A stretch of 64,000 nucleotides of DNA, taken from IMG/VR virus record IMGVR_UViG_3300021254_000020, positions 1 to 64,000 of that record. The stretch is one strand, 5' to 3'. The notes beneath the pieces are model-generated. The model did no database searches. It saw only the letters and a program-made list of their open reading frames with translations, and was not told where the DNA came from. Source of the stretch: a virus. Lineage: Duplodnaviria; Caudoviricetes. A program made the translations under genes and the position numbers. Below are positions 9,286 to 19,183 of the stretch, piece by piece. Position 1 is the first letter of the stretch. The number at the start of each line of letters is the position of its first letter.

Positions 9286-11547
9286 ATGGATATGCTTGAG
9301 AATTTACAGAACTATGGATACTATGTTGACCTAGTCAAAACTGGCAGAACTAGGGTCAACGCCAACCAAATAAGTATTCATAACTGGAGGGATCATTATC
9401 AATCCATTCTTAATATATTAAAGGATGGTATTGAGACAGACTGGGTGCAAAACATGTGCATTACAGTAGATTATGGGAATGGAGAGGATATTGATCTGTA
9501 TATTACGGATTATTATATCAATCTCTTGTTTTGGTATTTACCACTATCTCTAGAGGATACAGCCTTAACTCCTAAGTATCTCTTCTTCGAGGAGAAGATG
9601 ACTGGTAAGGCAATAAAGGAATATGTTGATAAGTTGTTTATTATTCCTCATCGTGGAATAGTAGACAATAAGATATTGAATAACGTAATTTCAGATTTTT
9701 TGTATAATTTCATTGATATTGATCAGTTCTCAATGTTCTTAGCAAATACTCTCAATCTTGAGGATACGATTGAGTTGATGAATGCATCTCCTGAATATGA
9801 TGCAATCATCCATGCAGATTTGTCTACTGAACCTTTGGAGAATGTAAAGAATAAAGGAATGGAGTATGTTGCTCAGGCTCAGAAACTCATTTATGACGCA
9901 GAGAATATAATGGGCCATGAACACTGCCTTCGTAATCCATTCGTATCTGGTGAAGGTATCAATAAGAAACAGTATAAAGAGAACTCTATTAATATAGGGA
10001 CTAAATCTGATGGTCAGGGTTCTATCTATCATACTATAATCAACCAGTCTTATATTACTGGTGGTCTTAATAAGCTGGAATATCAGTTTATTGATTCTGC
10101 TTCTGCCCGTGTAGCCCAGATTATCTCTAAGAAGAATGTTGGTGATAGTGGTGGGTTTGCTCGTATTTTAGGCCTTAATAATGTGGATACATTCTTACAT
10201 AGTGATCCTCATTTTGATTGTGGTACTAATAACTATCTAATTCAATTCATTCCTAATAAGAATGTATTTGAAATGCTTATTGGAAGATTCTATAAGCTTA
10301 ATGAACAAGGACAACTGTTGTGCATTCATGCTGAAGATACTCATCTTATAGGAAAGACTATATTGTTGAGATCTCCAGTATTTTGTGCTAGTCACGCTGC
10401 TGGTAAGGGTATATGTTATCACTGCTATGGTGAACTGGCACATACGAACCATGATATCTCTGTAGGAAGAATCGCTACTGAGATAATCACTGCTCAGTAT
10501 ACTCAGATGAGACTTTCTGCTAAGCATCTGTTAGAGACTAAGATCAAACCAATCCATTGGGTTGATGAGTTCTATGATTGGTTTACTTTGGATATAAATG
10601 GTATTCAAGTAAGACATGATATAGATGCAGCTAGTATTAATGGTTGGAAGTTATCTATCTCTCTTGATTCTATTCAACTTGAGAATGATGATGACTTCTA
10701 TAAACATGAGTATTATATGGATGGTGCTAATAGCACTATAGATGATGGTCCATTCTATAATGAGTACGTTACTGAATTTAGTGTAGTATCTCCTGATGGT
10801 AATACCATTATTCCTATCACATCTCATATCGAAGAAGAGGATGACGAGGAAGAAAAGGTACCATCTAAGTTATATATAACTGATCAGTTCGGTGCTCTCA
10901 TCCGTAAGAACATATCCATTGATGATGAAAGTAATGATATTGAAATTAATCTGAATGAGCTGATTGATACCAATATATTTATAATAAAGATGGAGAATAA
11001 TGAACTCGGTTCTGCTCTTGACACATTCGTTGATCTCATCAATAAGAGAGATGTAACTAAGAAGCTGAATGCATCTGAACTTGTACAGTCTCTCCAGCTT
11101 AATGTATTGAAAGGTAACATTCATTGTACTAGTATTCACTTAGAGGTCATTGTAGCTAATCAGATTAGATCTATTAATGATAGACTCTTAATGCCGAATT
11201 GGTATAATAAGAATGAGCCATATGAGGTACTCACTCTTAATGAAGCACTCAAAGATAGTAGGTCTCCTATCATCAGTCTCACTTACTCTAAGTTAGCAGA
11301 TACTCTTAAGTATCCGCTTACATTCAAGAAGTGTGGAGCATCTATCTTTGACCTCTTCTATATACGGAAGCCACTCAAGTTTATCCACGCAGATCATGAT
11401 ATCTTAGATATCAATGATAAACACGCTCTTAAACCAGGAGATTCCCCAGTAGTATTCGCACATGATCATTCTGGAGAATATCCAAAGAATAGGCTTAATT
11501 ATGTAGAACCCTTCCGTGTAAGACCCAAAGACAGATTAGATGACTGA
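9286..11547 (+). CDS. Multisubunit RNA polymerase beta'-like subunit, C-terminal fragment (phage split RNAP)
   Basis: LRSPVFC...GICYHCYG zinc site, TQMRLSAKH trigger-loop-like motif, SIHLEVIV; no DFDGD; precedes an SF2 helicase as in phiKZ-like phages. Confidence 0.88.
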   Translation: MDMLENLQNYGYYVDLVKTGRTRVNANQISIHNWRDHYQSILNILKDGIETDWVQNMCITVDYGNGEDIDLYITDYYINLLFWYLPLSLEDTALTPKYLFFEEKMTGKAIKEYVDKLFIIPHRGIVDNKILNNVISDFLYNFIDIDQFSMFLANTLNLEDTIELMNASPEYDAIIHADLSTEPLENVKNKGMEYVAQAQKLIYDAENIMGHEHCLRNPFVSGEGINKKQYKENSINIGTKSDGQGSIYHTIINQSYITGGLNKLEYQFIDSASARVAQIISKKNVGDSGGFARILGLNNVDTFLHSDPHFDCGTNNYLIQFIPNKNVFEMLIGRFYKLNEQGQLLCIHAEDTHLIGKTILLRSPVFCASHAAGKGICYHCYGELAHTNHDISVGRIATEIITAQYTQMRLSAKHLLETKIKPIHWVDEFYDWFTLDINGIQVRHDIDAASINGWKLSISLDSIQLENDDDFYKHEYYMDGANSTIDDGPFYNEYVTEFSVVSPDGNTIIPITSHIEEEDDEEEKVPSKLYITDQFGALIRKNISIDDESNDIEINLNELIDTNIFIIKMENNELGSALDTFVDLINKRDVTKKLNASELVQSLQLNVLKGNIHCTSIHLEVIVANQIRSINDRLLMPNWYNKNEPYEVLTLNEALKDSRSPIISLTYSKLADTLKYPLTFKKCGASIFDLFYIRKPLKFIHADHDILDINDKHALKPGDSPVVFAHDHSGEYPKNRLNYVEPFRVRPKDRLDD

Positions 11548-11617
11548 GGTATAATAGGGGGTAGAGGGTACTTATCCCTCTACCCTACTAATTTATATAT
11601 AAGGAGGAAACAGTATA

Positions 11618-13189
11618 ATGGGATTATATTCAGCCCCATATGGGCCTATAGATATTCTTGCCTCGTCCGTTGTTATTCATAATTATAATCCAGGAGATAA
11701 TCAAAGGCTGGAGCATTTGTTTTCTGTATGGTCTAAAATAAAGCATAGATATGAGTCGATGGGTATATTTTATGATTATGAGCATAAAGATTTATACCTT
11801 CCTGGTGGTATTAATCTCGCTCACGTAATTAATTCCTTTAGCTCAGATCTTATTAAAAGGATACCACCCGATCCGTACAAGCATATAGGAGACGTAAAGT
11901 GCCGAATCAAGCCTAGAGACGATCGACAATGGGAAGCAATGAGATTCTGCTTAGGTTTAGAGGAATATTCCGAGAATAGAAATAGATCTCAGATAGGTCT
12001 TAATCTTAATACTGGTGTTGGTAAGACTGCTATAGCCGTATTAACATTCGCTTTTTATGGATTGCGCACAATAATGATAACTGCATCTTCATCTTGGCTG
12101 GACCAGTGGAGGGATAGGTTATTAGAGTATACTGATCTTAAACCAAGCGAGATATATACTATATCTGGAACTCCAGGAATAGTGAAACTATTCAATGGAA
12201 TGAAGAATACTGAAAATATTAAATTTCTGCTTTGTACCCATAGTACTCTTCAAACGTATGCTAAAAAACATGGATGGGGATCTATTCGGAAACTGTTTAT
12301 GGATCTCCAAATAGGGATTAAACTAGTAGATGAAGCACATCTTTATTTTTCGAATATAAATATGATAGACGCGTTCAGTAATTGTCTAAAGACCTATTAT
12401 CTAACAGCTACTCCTATGAAGTCTGATAGATATGAGGATAAGATATATCAGAGATCTTTTGAGACTGTTCCTAAGATTACTCTCTTTGACGAAGAGAATG
12501 ATCCTCATGCTAATGTGCTTATAGTGAAAATTAATTCCCACCCAAGTCCTTATGATAAAGAGGCTATAAATAGTGGTAATTACGGATTCAATGTATTAAA
12601 ATATGTGGATTACTTTATGCAGAATACTATATATTATCCATTACTTCATATCACTCTTTATCACTGTTTATCTGAAATGAAATCAGAAGATAGGGTATTA
12701 ATCTATCACGCTACTAATAGTGCAGTAATGCAATCTTATCGATGGATTAAGTACCATTATGGCCAGTATTCTATAGGTATATATACCTCCCTAGTTCCAA
12801 AGGAGATTAAGCCTGATCAGCTTAATTGCAAGATCATATTATCAACTACTAAGTCAGCTCAGGCATTGCTCGATATAGCTCATCTTAAGAAGATTATTGT
12901 ATTTGTAGAACCATACAATTCTGCTCCTATCACTAGACAGGTACTTGGACGTCTTCGTGATTCAGATACAGAACTGATTGAGATAGTGGACTATGGCTTT
13001 TCCAGACTTCATACCTGGTCTGTACATAGAAAAAAGATATATCAGACGTATGCAAAGGAAATTAATGAGGTCCAGTTCAATGAGCAAGAATTAAACGATG
13101 CTGTGCTTCAGATTAATAGAGCAGAAAAACAAGAACTGGAGAATCGTATGATAGGAAGACCTCTACCAGTTGAGTATGTGAATAAATGA
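11618..13189 (+). CDS. Superfamily 2 helicase
   Basis: TGVGKT Walker A, DEAH, LTATP, QVLGRLR. Confidence 0.92.
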   Translation: MGLYSAPYGPIDILASSVVIHNYNPGDNQRLEHLFSVWSKIKHRYESMGIFYDYEHKDLYLPGGINLAHVINSFSSDLIKRIPPDPYKHIGDVKCRIKPRDDRQWEAMRFCLGLEEYSENRNRSQIGLNLNTGVGKTAIAVLTFAFYGLRTIMITASSSWLDQWRDRLLEYTDLKPSEIYTISGTPGIVKLFNGMKNTENIKFLLCTHSTLQTYAKKHGWGSIRKLFMDLQIGIKLVDEAHLYFSNINMIDAFSNCLKTYYLTATPMKSDRYEDKIYQRSFETVPKITLFDEENDPHANVLIVKINSHPSPYDKEAINSGNYGFNVLKYVDYFMQNTIYYPLLHITLYHCLSEMKSEDRVLIYHATNSAVMQSYRWIKYHYGQYSIGIYTSLVPKEIKPDQLNCKIILSTTKSAQALLDIAHLKKIIVFVEPYNSAPITRQVLGRLRDSDTELIEIVDYGFSRLHTWSVHRKKIYQTYAKEINEVQFNEQELNDAVLQINRAEKQELENRMIGRPLPVEYVNK

Positions 13190-13211
13190 TTATATACTAT
13201 ATTGGTGAGAG

Positions 13212-13454
13212 GTGATTAATATGAAATATGAGATTAATTGGAAACCAGTAGATGAAAAGGACACTAGTGTGACATCTTATGGTACAATGATACGTGAAGT
13301 AGATATAGGGCGTAAACTTACATTCAAAGATGTATCAGAGGTACATAAGAGGGATGGTCATTATGTTCAGCTGTTAGAGGAATCTGATGATCTTATAAGA
13401 TTCATCGATGCCAGTTTTGGTAAAATAATGACATATAAGCTTATTGAAGAATAA
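13212..13454 (+). CDS. Hypothetical protein
   Basis: Own early-like promoter (13193-13207) and terminator near 13456-13490. Confidence 0.65.
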   Translation: MINMKYEINWKPVDEKDTSVTSYGTMIREVDIGRKLTFKDVSEVHKRDGHYVQLLEESDDLIRFIDASFGKIMTYKLIEE

Positions 13455-13582
13455 GATAGAGTAGACCGGTATGGTCTACTCTTCTTTTTTGTAAATTGCG
13501 TATTTTTTAAACATATATTATTGAAGTGAGAAAGTGCATAATAGATGTATGCGCTAAAGGTTACCTAAGGGAGGTAATTAAA

Positions 13583-13972
13583 ATGAAAGTTTGGTTCATT
13601 GAAGCTCGTTCGAAGTATTCTTCCAGTTGGGTTACTCTCAATTATACTTTTAACGAGAAAGAAGCTTTTGGTTGCATTGACGACATCGAAAAGGCTAATC
13701 CAGACTCTAAGGCCCGGTATTACGTAGTTAATATCAAAAAGGATGTCCATGGTTACGATAATGGTGTTGGAGATCACTTCGTATGTCTTGTACGAGTATG
13801 CCGCTATGATAATGAAGAAACTGGCAGAGCTGGAGTATTCGATTCTATCGAAGAAGCAAAAGAATTCGCAAGACATGCTGAGGACGAGACCCATTATTGC
13901 ACAATTGATTACATCCAGCTTGCATCAGAGAGAAAGAGCTGGAAAGCCGGAAAGTATGACAACTGGGCATAA
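13583..13972 (+). CDS. Hypothetical protein with two short internal repeats
   Basis: GGGAGG RBS places the start at 13583; layout resembles 44444-44815. Confidence 0.65.
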   Translation: MKVWFIEARSKYSSSWVTLNYTFNEKEAFGCIDDIEKANPDSKARYYVVNIKKDVHGYDNGVGDHFVCLVRVCRYDNEETGRAGVFDSIEEAKEFARHAEDETHYCTIDYIQLASERKSWKAGKYDNWA

Positions 13973-13989
13973 TCCCAAACACTATTTAA

Positions 13990-14157
13990 AGGGTAGGCAT
14001 GGAAGCCTACCCTTATTTTTTTGAGAAGAGGATGTTATGAGATTCTAATCGAAAGGAAGCCAACATGATTAGCTCTATACTTTTTCGTACTGAGCCGTAT
14101 GGTAAACACAAAGGAGTGATAGTCATCCTCTTCCCATATTGAAAATGGCCTGCCATT
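13990..14157 (-). ncRNA. Candidate late small RNA with two CU-rich loops
   Basis: GACA-N6-TA promoter 14168-14157; closing helix 14023-14034/14124-14135; loops UCCUUU and UUCCUUUC; G-U pairs favour the minus strand. Confidence 0.55.
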
Positions 14158-14267
14158 ATTAGATTGTCAATCACATGCCGCCTTGTACTAAAATATGATA
14201 TAAGAATATACTATAATAATGAGAGTAGAATCTCTATTCAAATATATCAATGAAATGAGGAATAAAA

Positions 14268-15632
14268 ATGAACTACGAAAATGATGAATTCTATTGGATT
14301 AACTTTGCTCCTACCCGAGTCCATGTAAAGGGAACCCCTAGACGTGAACATGTGTTTCTACAAACAGTCGGGTATTATTATAAAGGAGAAATATTTAGAT
14401 CAACACCACTATTTCCCGGAATAATGGTGGGTAACTACGGTACAATATATGATTTTAGAGGGTTTAAGATAGAACCTAATATGGATACAGAGGGGTATTT
14501 GGTTGTTACCGTTTTTTCAGCAAAAGATGGTAAGTGCATCCTTACTGGTGTCCATAGATTAGTAATGATAGCTCACGACTTTATTGAGAACTATGAAGAA
14601 AAGCAGGTGAATCATAAAAATGGCGACAAGACCTTTAATTATTTTAACCCATTTGATAGAGAAGGTTGTAACTTAGAATGGTGTACTGCGAAAGAAAACC
14701 GGAATCATGCAGATAGAACCGGATTGAGAAAACATAAATTTTCTGATGAAACGGTTAGAACCTTATTAAAATTATTACGAGCCGGATATACCAAAAGACA
14801 AGCTTCTGAAAAATTAGGATACGATTATTATAAAGATGGGGTAGATAATCTGCTTAATAAAATACTACATAACGGTTATTTTAGTTGGATTTCCAAAGAT
14901 TTTCCTGATATATTAGCAACTGCTAAACCTGCCTTTAGGTATAACTTCCCTGATGAAATAATACATGGCATCTGTCAAATGATTCTAGCGCGAAGGACTG
15001 TGGATGAAATTCAAGCATATGCTGGGATGACTGATAAGGATAGGAATACATTTCACCACTTTATTATATCTCTTAAAAACAATAATCATCCTAGATATCT
15101 CCATATAACTAGCCAGTATTTCAAACCTGGAGAAAGAGTTCCAAGAATGCAAAAAGCAGTAAAACAAGGTGATGTGTACATAAGACCCCAAGTAATTTAC
15201 ACAGATGAGTTCTTAAGAGGAGTAATGGAAGGGCTCAGAAAAGGACTTAGTATGAAGCAAGCTGTCGAATCATTAGGATATGAATTTACCACACAAGTAA
15301 ATAAAACGATAACCAACATGCTGACCGAAAATTCATACACTCATATATCCAAAGACTACCCCGATGTATTGGCAAATAGAAGGCGACGTGATAAGTTTGT
15401 CTTCTCTGATGAATATATTCATACAATGTGTCAGATGATGATACAGGGATGTACTGTAGATGATATAATGGCTAAGGTTGGATTGAATGATAATAGGGCT
15501 GGGTTTATGCTTTTCTTAGAAAGACTAAGAAAAAATAAAGTTGCAGCCTACAAACATATCACTACTCAATATTTTAAGCCAGGAATGAACATCAAAATGA
15601 TACCTGTGCGTAAACGTAAGGATACTAAATAA
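14268..15632 (+). CDS. HNH homing endonuclease with four C-terminal helical repeats
   Basis: VHRLV...VNHKNGDK..N...NLEWCTAKENRNH; four repeats ending Y/WxHI(S/T)xx(Y/F). Confidence 0.88.
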   Translation: MNYENDEFYWINFAPTRVHVKGTPRREHVFLQTVGYYYKGEIFRSTPLFPGIMVGNYGTIYDFRGFKIEPNMDTEGYLVVTVFSAKDGKCILTGVHRLVMIAHDFIENYEEKQVNHKNGDKTFNYFNPFDREGCNLEWCTAKENRNHADRTGLRKHKFSDETVRTLLKLLRAGYTKRQASEKLGYDYYKDGVDNLLNKILHNGYFSWISKDFPDILATAKPAFRYNFPDEIIHGICQMILARRTVDEIQAYAGMTDKDRNTFHHFIISLKNNNHPRYLHITSQYFKPGERVPRMQKAVKQGDVYIRPQVIYTDEFLRGVMEGLRKGLSMKQAVESLGYEFTTQVNKTITNMLTENSYTHISKDYPDVLANRRRRDKFVFSDEYIHTMCQMMIQGCTVDDIMAKVGLNDNRAGFMLFLERLRKNKVAAYKHITTQYFKPGMNIKMIPVRKRKDTK

Positions 15633-15680
15633 AATAAGAAGAGGTAGGAACATATCCTACCTCTTTTTTTGTTTGTTTGA

Positions 15681-18086
15681 TTACATTGCACCTTGCTGTT
15701 GGGCATTAAGCTGGTCACGCTTCACCGCGAGTTCCACCTTTGCCTCATCTAGGAGTTCATTTATCTTCTCTACTGGCAAGAAGGACTTGAAGTAGTGATT
15801 CATGAGTTTGCTAATAAACTCATTCTTAAGGTTCTCGTCAGTCTGAAGGCTGCCAAGTTTCATAATCACTATATTCTGAATCAATTCATTAGCTACTGCC
15901 AGTATCTGGCTAGTATTGGTAAAATTGAGCATAACCGGCGCAGGAAGAGTTACTTCTAGTTCATCTTCTACTCCATATTCGCACTGGTATACCTTGGTGA
16001 ATATTTCGCTTAAAAAATCTGAGTATCGGCTCTGTCGGTCATATACGCGAATCAAGAATCTAGAGTTACTCATAGTGATATGAGTAGCAGTCTGTTCCTG
16101 ATAACGGCTATTAACCATCTCTAATGATACACCAGTCAGATTAACTGCCATCTCCTCTAGCATATTCATGAAATCAGATTTGATATCAATGTTCTGCCCT
16201 GGCATTACTTCGAAGTTTACAGGAGATTCTCCCTGTCTGTTTTGAGGAATGACTAGGTCATTGAATCTACCAGTTATATTGAGGATATTGTTCATATTCT
16301 CTACTTGGCGTAGATTGAAGTTAGATTGCTTGATCTGGTTAATTACGTTAAGCAGTACTGCTTGGATGTTTGTATCTACAGTCTGACGTACTTGATAGAT
16401 ACGTTTATCATATCCTCTAGTTAATAGTGCTAAACTATTACTAATGTACAAGCAAGATAATAGTTTAGCAGGGAATAATGATTTAGCAATATCACTAATA
16501 CCTCTATGAGTTTTATCATTCATATCAAAATATACATGAACCATATCACTAGGAGGAATGAAGCTAACCCTAATTCTGCTAACCTTACCATTACCATTAT
16601 CAGCATTATATTTGAGAATGGTATAGATCTCTCTAGCCAAGTCTTGGTTTGCATTAACGAATTGAGCGTCAATACGTCTACTAATACTCATAGCTATCTT
16701 AGTCAATACCTGATCATCTATGGTGGGACGATTCATATCTTCTCTAGCTCTAGTAGCACGACGTGGACGAAGACCACCCATAGTACTAGTGAATGTAGTT
16801 TGATCAAACTGCATCTTATTATTGCATTCAATATAGTAATAGCCTAGGCAAGTTTCATCTATATAAAGAGGTTTAACCATAGTATGGTCTAGTAAGCGTA
16901 AGATACAGCCAGGAACATTAATCTCTTGTTCCAATGACTGCTTTTTATTTTTTGTAATAAAACCATCTGTAGCTAGGCTAGTAGGAGATTCCATTGTACC
17001 TCCTTTAGCAAACTTCTCAAACTCTTTATGCATATTTCTTAGATAGTTATTATTACTGAGCATAGTAGTAGCAGTAGTTAATTTTTCTACAGCTTCTGAT
17101 ATTGCATTATCCTCTGCTAGCATCCTAGCATTTTCTACCATTATTCTACGTTTATTCTGAGCTTCCATAAACAAGCTAGGAATAACTCCAGTTTTGTTTA
17201 TCTCTATTTCTATTCCATCTTCTACGGAAGTAGAACCCATAGTACTAGTATCATCGCTAAAACGTACTGATTCTTGTAATACTCCATTGTTATTATCTAC
17301 TCCATAAAAGGCAGTGAATCTAGTACATGATGGAGATATAGCCTCATTCATAACCTCTTCAGTTAATGCAGTATCTTCCGTAATGAAGGCATCACTTTTC
17401 GTTTTCTGCAATAGTCTCCCTAGAGCTTTATTATAGCTTACTATATATACAAACTGCTCACCATATTTAGCAGTCTTTCTATAGCACTTATCAGCAAACT
17501 CTCTTAGCAAATATTTCTTTTTGAATGATTCTATATCAGCATGAGCAGTATCGGAGCTACCCATACCACTACCATCCACCTGATCTACTTCTTTACCAGT
17601 AGCGTTAGTTAAACGGGTTATCTCCATATTATCCTGGTTGAAGTGATCAGCACACATAACATGATCTGCTTTGATGTCTAATGCTTCATCCAGTTTAGGG
17701 ACATATTTGCAGACAGTATCTATTTCTCTATCTAAATCTCTAGCTACAGCATTCTGGCTGTACATATCCATCATATCAGCCAAAGCAGATTCATCGCTTA
17801 GAGCCATTCTAAACTCTTTAATCATATCATCATCATTGTTAGCCAATGTACGACTATACAAATCAGATATATTCCTACCATTATAACGCAATCTAGTCCT
17901 ATCAATAAGACCATTAAGATCCTTATCTATAGTACGTCTAATAGAGTCTATAAACTTAGCATCCTTATTATCACTATAATAGGTGTTCTTGTAAGCGGCA
18001 TCCAAGTCATTCTGTATCTTGGTGGCAATATTCTTATTAAGGGTAGTATCTAAATAAGAAAGATCTACTTTATCATTTCTAGCCAT
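15681..18086 (-). CDS. Portal protein (T4 gp20-like)
   Basis: YGEQFVY, LLTRGYDKRIYQV, FEVMPGQ; directly downstream of tube and sheath; AACA-N6-TA promoter. Confidence 0.78.
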   Translation of the reverse strand: MARNDKVDLSYLDTTLNKNIATKIQNDLDAAYKNTYYSDNKDAKFIDSIRRTIDKDLNGLIDRTRLRYNGRNISDLYSRTLANNDDDMIKEFRMALSDESALADMMDMYSQNAVARDLDREIDTVCKYVPKLDEALDIKADHVMCADHFNQDNMEITRLTNATGKEVDQVDGSGMGSSDTAHADIESFKKKYLLREFADKCYRKTAKYGEQFVYIVSYNKALGRLLQKTKSDAFITEDTALTEEVMNEAISPSCTRFTAFYGVDNNNGVLQESVRFSDDTSTMGSTSVEDGIEIEINKTGVIPSLFMEAQNKRRIMVENARMLAEDNAISEAVEKLTTATTMLSNNNYLRNMHKEFEKFAKGGTMESPTSLATDGFITKNKKQSLEQEINVPGCILRLLDHTMVKPLYIDETCLGYYYIECNNKMQFDQTTFTSTMGGLRPRRATRAREDMNRPTIDDQVLTKIAMSISRRIDAQFVNANQDLAREIYTILKYNADNGNGKVSRIRVSFIPPSDMVHVYFDMNDKTHRGISDIAKSLFPAKLLSCLYISNSLALLTRGYDKRIYQVRQTVDTNIQAVLLNVINQIKQSNFNLRQVENMNNILNITGRFNDLVIPQNRQGESPVNFEVMPGQNIDIKSDFMNMLEEMAVNLTGVSLEMVNSRYQEQTATHITMSNSRFLIRVYDRQSRYSDFLSEIFTKVYQCEYGVEDELEVTLPAPVMLNFTNTSQILAVANELIQNIVIMKLGSLQTDENLKNEFISKLMNHYFKSFLPVEKINELLDEAKVELAVKRDQLNAQQQGAM

Positions 18087-18188
18087 CTTATACGACCTCC
18101 TTTTTAATTACCACCTTGTTCGCTTTATAAGATAATAACTCCCCTAACCCAATTAAGGGCTAGGGGAGAGGGAACTTATTAGTCTATC

Positions 18189-19166
18189 TTAAGCATTGGC
18201 ATTCTGCTGGTTAAGCGTATCTACAGTCGGACTGGAGATATTGTTGCCACCAGCATTCTTAGCCTCGATAGCGTCAACGTAGCTACCATCATTAGCACCG
18301 TTACCGGTAATACCGAGAGCGTCATTGCTAAGGATATTGTAGCCGAATTCCATTTCATCAAAGCACGTATGTGCGTTGATGTATTTCAGGAAGTCAACTG
18401 CACGCTGGCTAACGATACGACCAGGAATGGGCAGGCCTTGGAACTGAATACCCATTTCCTGGAACTGAATTTCACCACGGGTTACATTGTAAATCGTGGT
18501 ATTAGCTATAGTCGGCTGGCAGCTTGCCAGGATATAAGCCTTTTCAACGTTCAGGCAGGTATTATCAGTTATGATCAGCAAGAAGTGGAATACTTCATAC
18601 TGATAGCCCTTGTCATTCATGCTTGCTACTTTATTACCAGTTGTATTATCCGTATTGGTGCCATCAGCAACCTTATTGCTACGGTTAGTCAACGGTTCAT
18701 TCAGCAAGCCACAATAACGTTTAACCTGCGTCTTGGGGTCTTTCACACCACGTAAGAATAACTCGTGCGTCTTAGTCAGGATGGAGCCAGAACGTTCGAA
18801 GTAGTTCATAGTGAACTGAGAGCCACCCTGTTCAGTAACACGAGTGATGATATTCAGGTCGGTGATACCGTTGGTTAACGGAGTCGTCTCACCAGTGATA
18901 TCATCAAGACCCTGTGCACCACGGAATTCATACTCTACAATGTGGCGATAGTTCTCAATAAGGCTTGCATAACCACCCTTTTCAGCGCTGATAGAAGCAA
19001 GCCTATCAAGGAATACAGGAATCTGCAGCAGTACCAAGAAACTGTAACCAGTTTCATAGAGGTCGAACTGTGCAAGGTTCGTGTAATCCGTAACACCCCT
19101 AAAGAGAGTATAGGAGGTGACTGGATTCGGTGCCAAAGTGTTATCAAAGATATTCGTAACAGCCAT
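18189..19166 (-). CDS. Probable tail tube protein
   Basis: Follows the sheath; beta-rich (FTMNYFERSG); high-expression codon bias. Confidence 0.65.
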   Translation of the reverse strand: MAVTNIFDNTLAPNPVTSYTLFRGVTDYTNLAQFDLYETGYSFLVLLQIPVFLDRLASISAEKGGYASLIENYRHIVEYEFRGAQGLDDITGETTPLTNGITDLNIITRVTEQGGSQFTMNYFERSGSILTKTHELFLRGVKDPKTQVKRYCGLLNEPLTNRSNKVADGTNTDNTTGNKVASMNDKGYQYEVFHFLLIITDNTCLNVEKAYILASCQPTIANTTIYNVTRGEIQFQEMGIQFQGLPIPGRIVSQRAVDFLKYINAHTCFDEMEFGYNILSNDALGITGNGANDGSYVDAIEAKNAGGNNISSPTVDTLNQQNANA

Positions 19167-19183
19167 TTCTCTTCACCCCCTTA

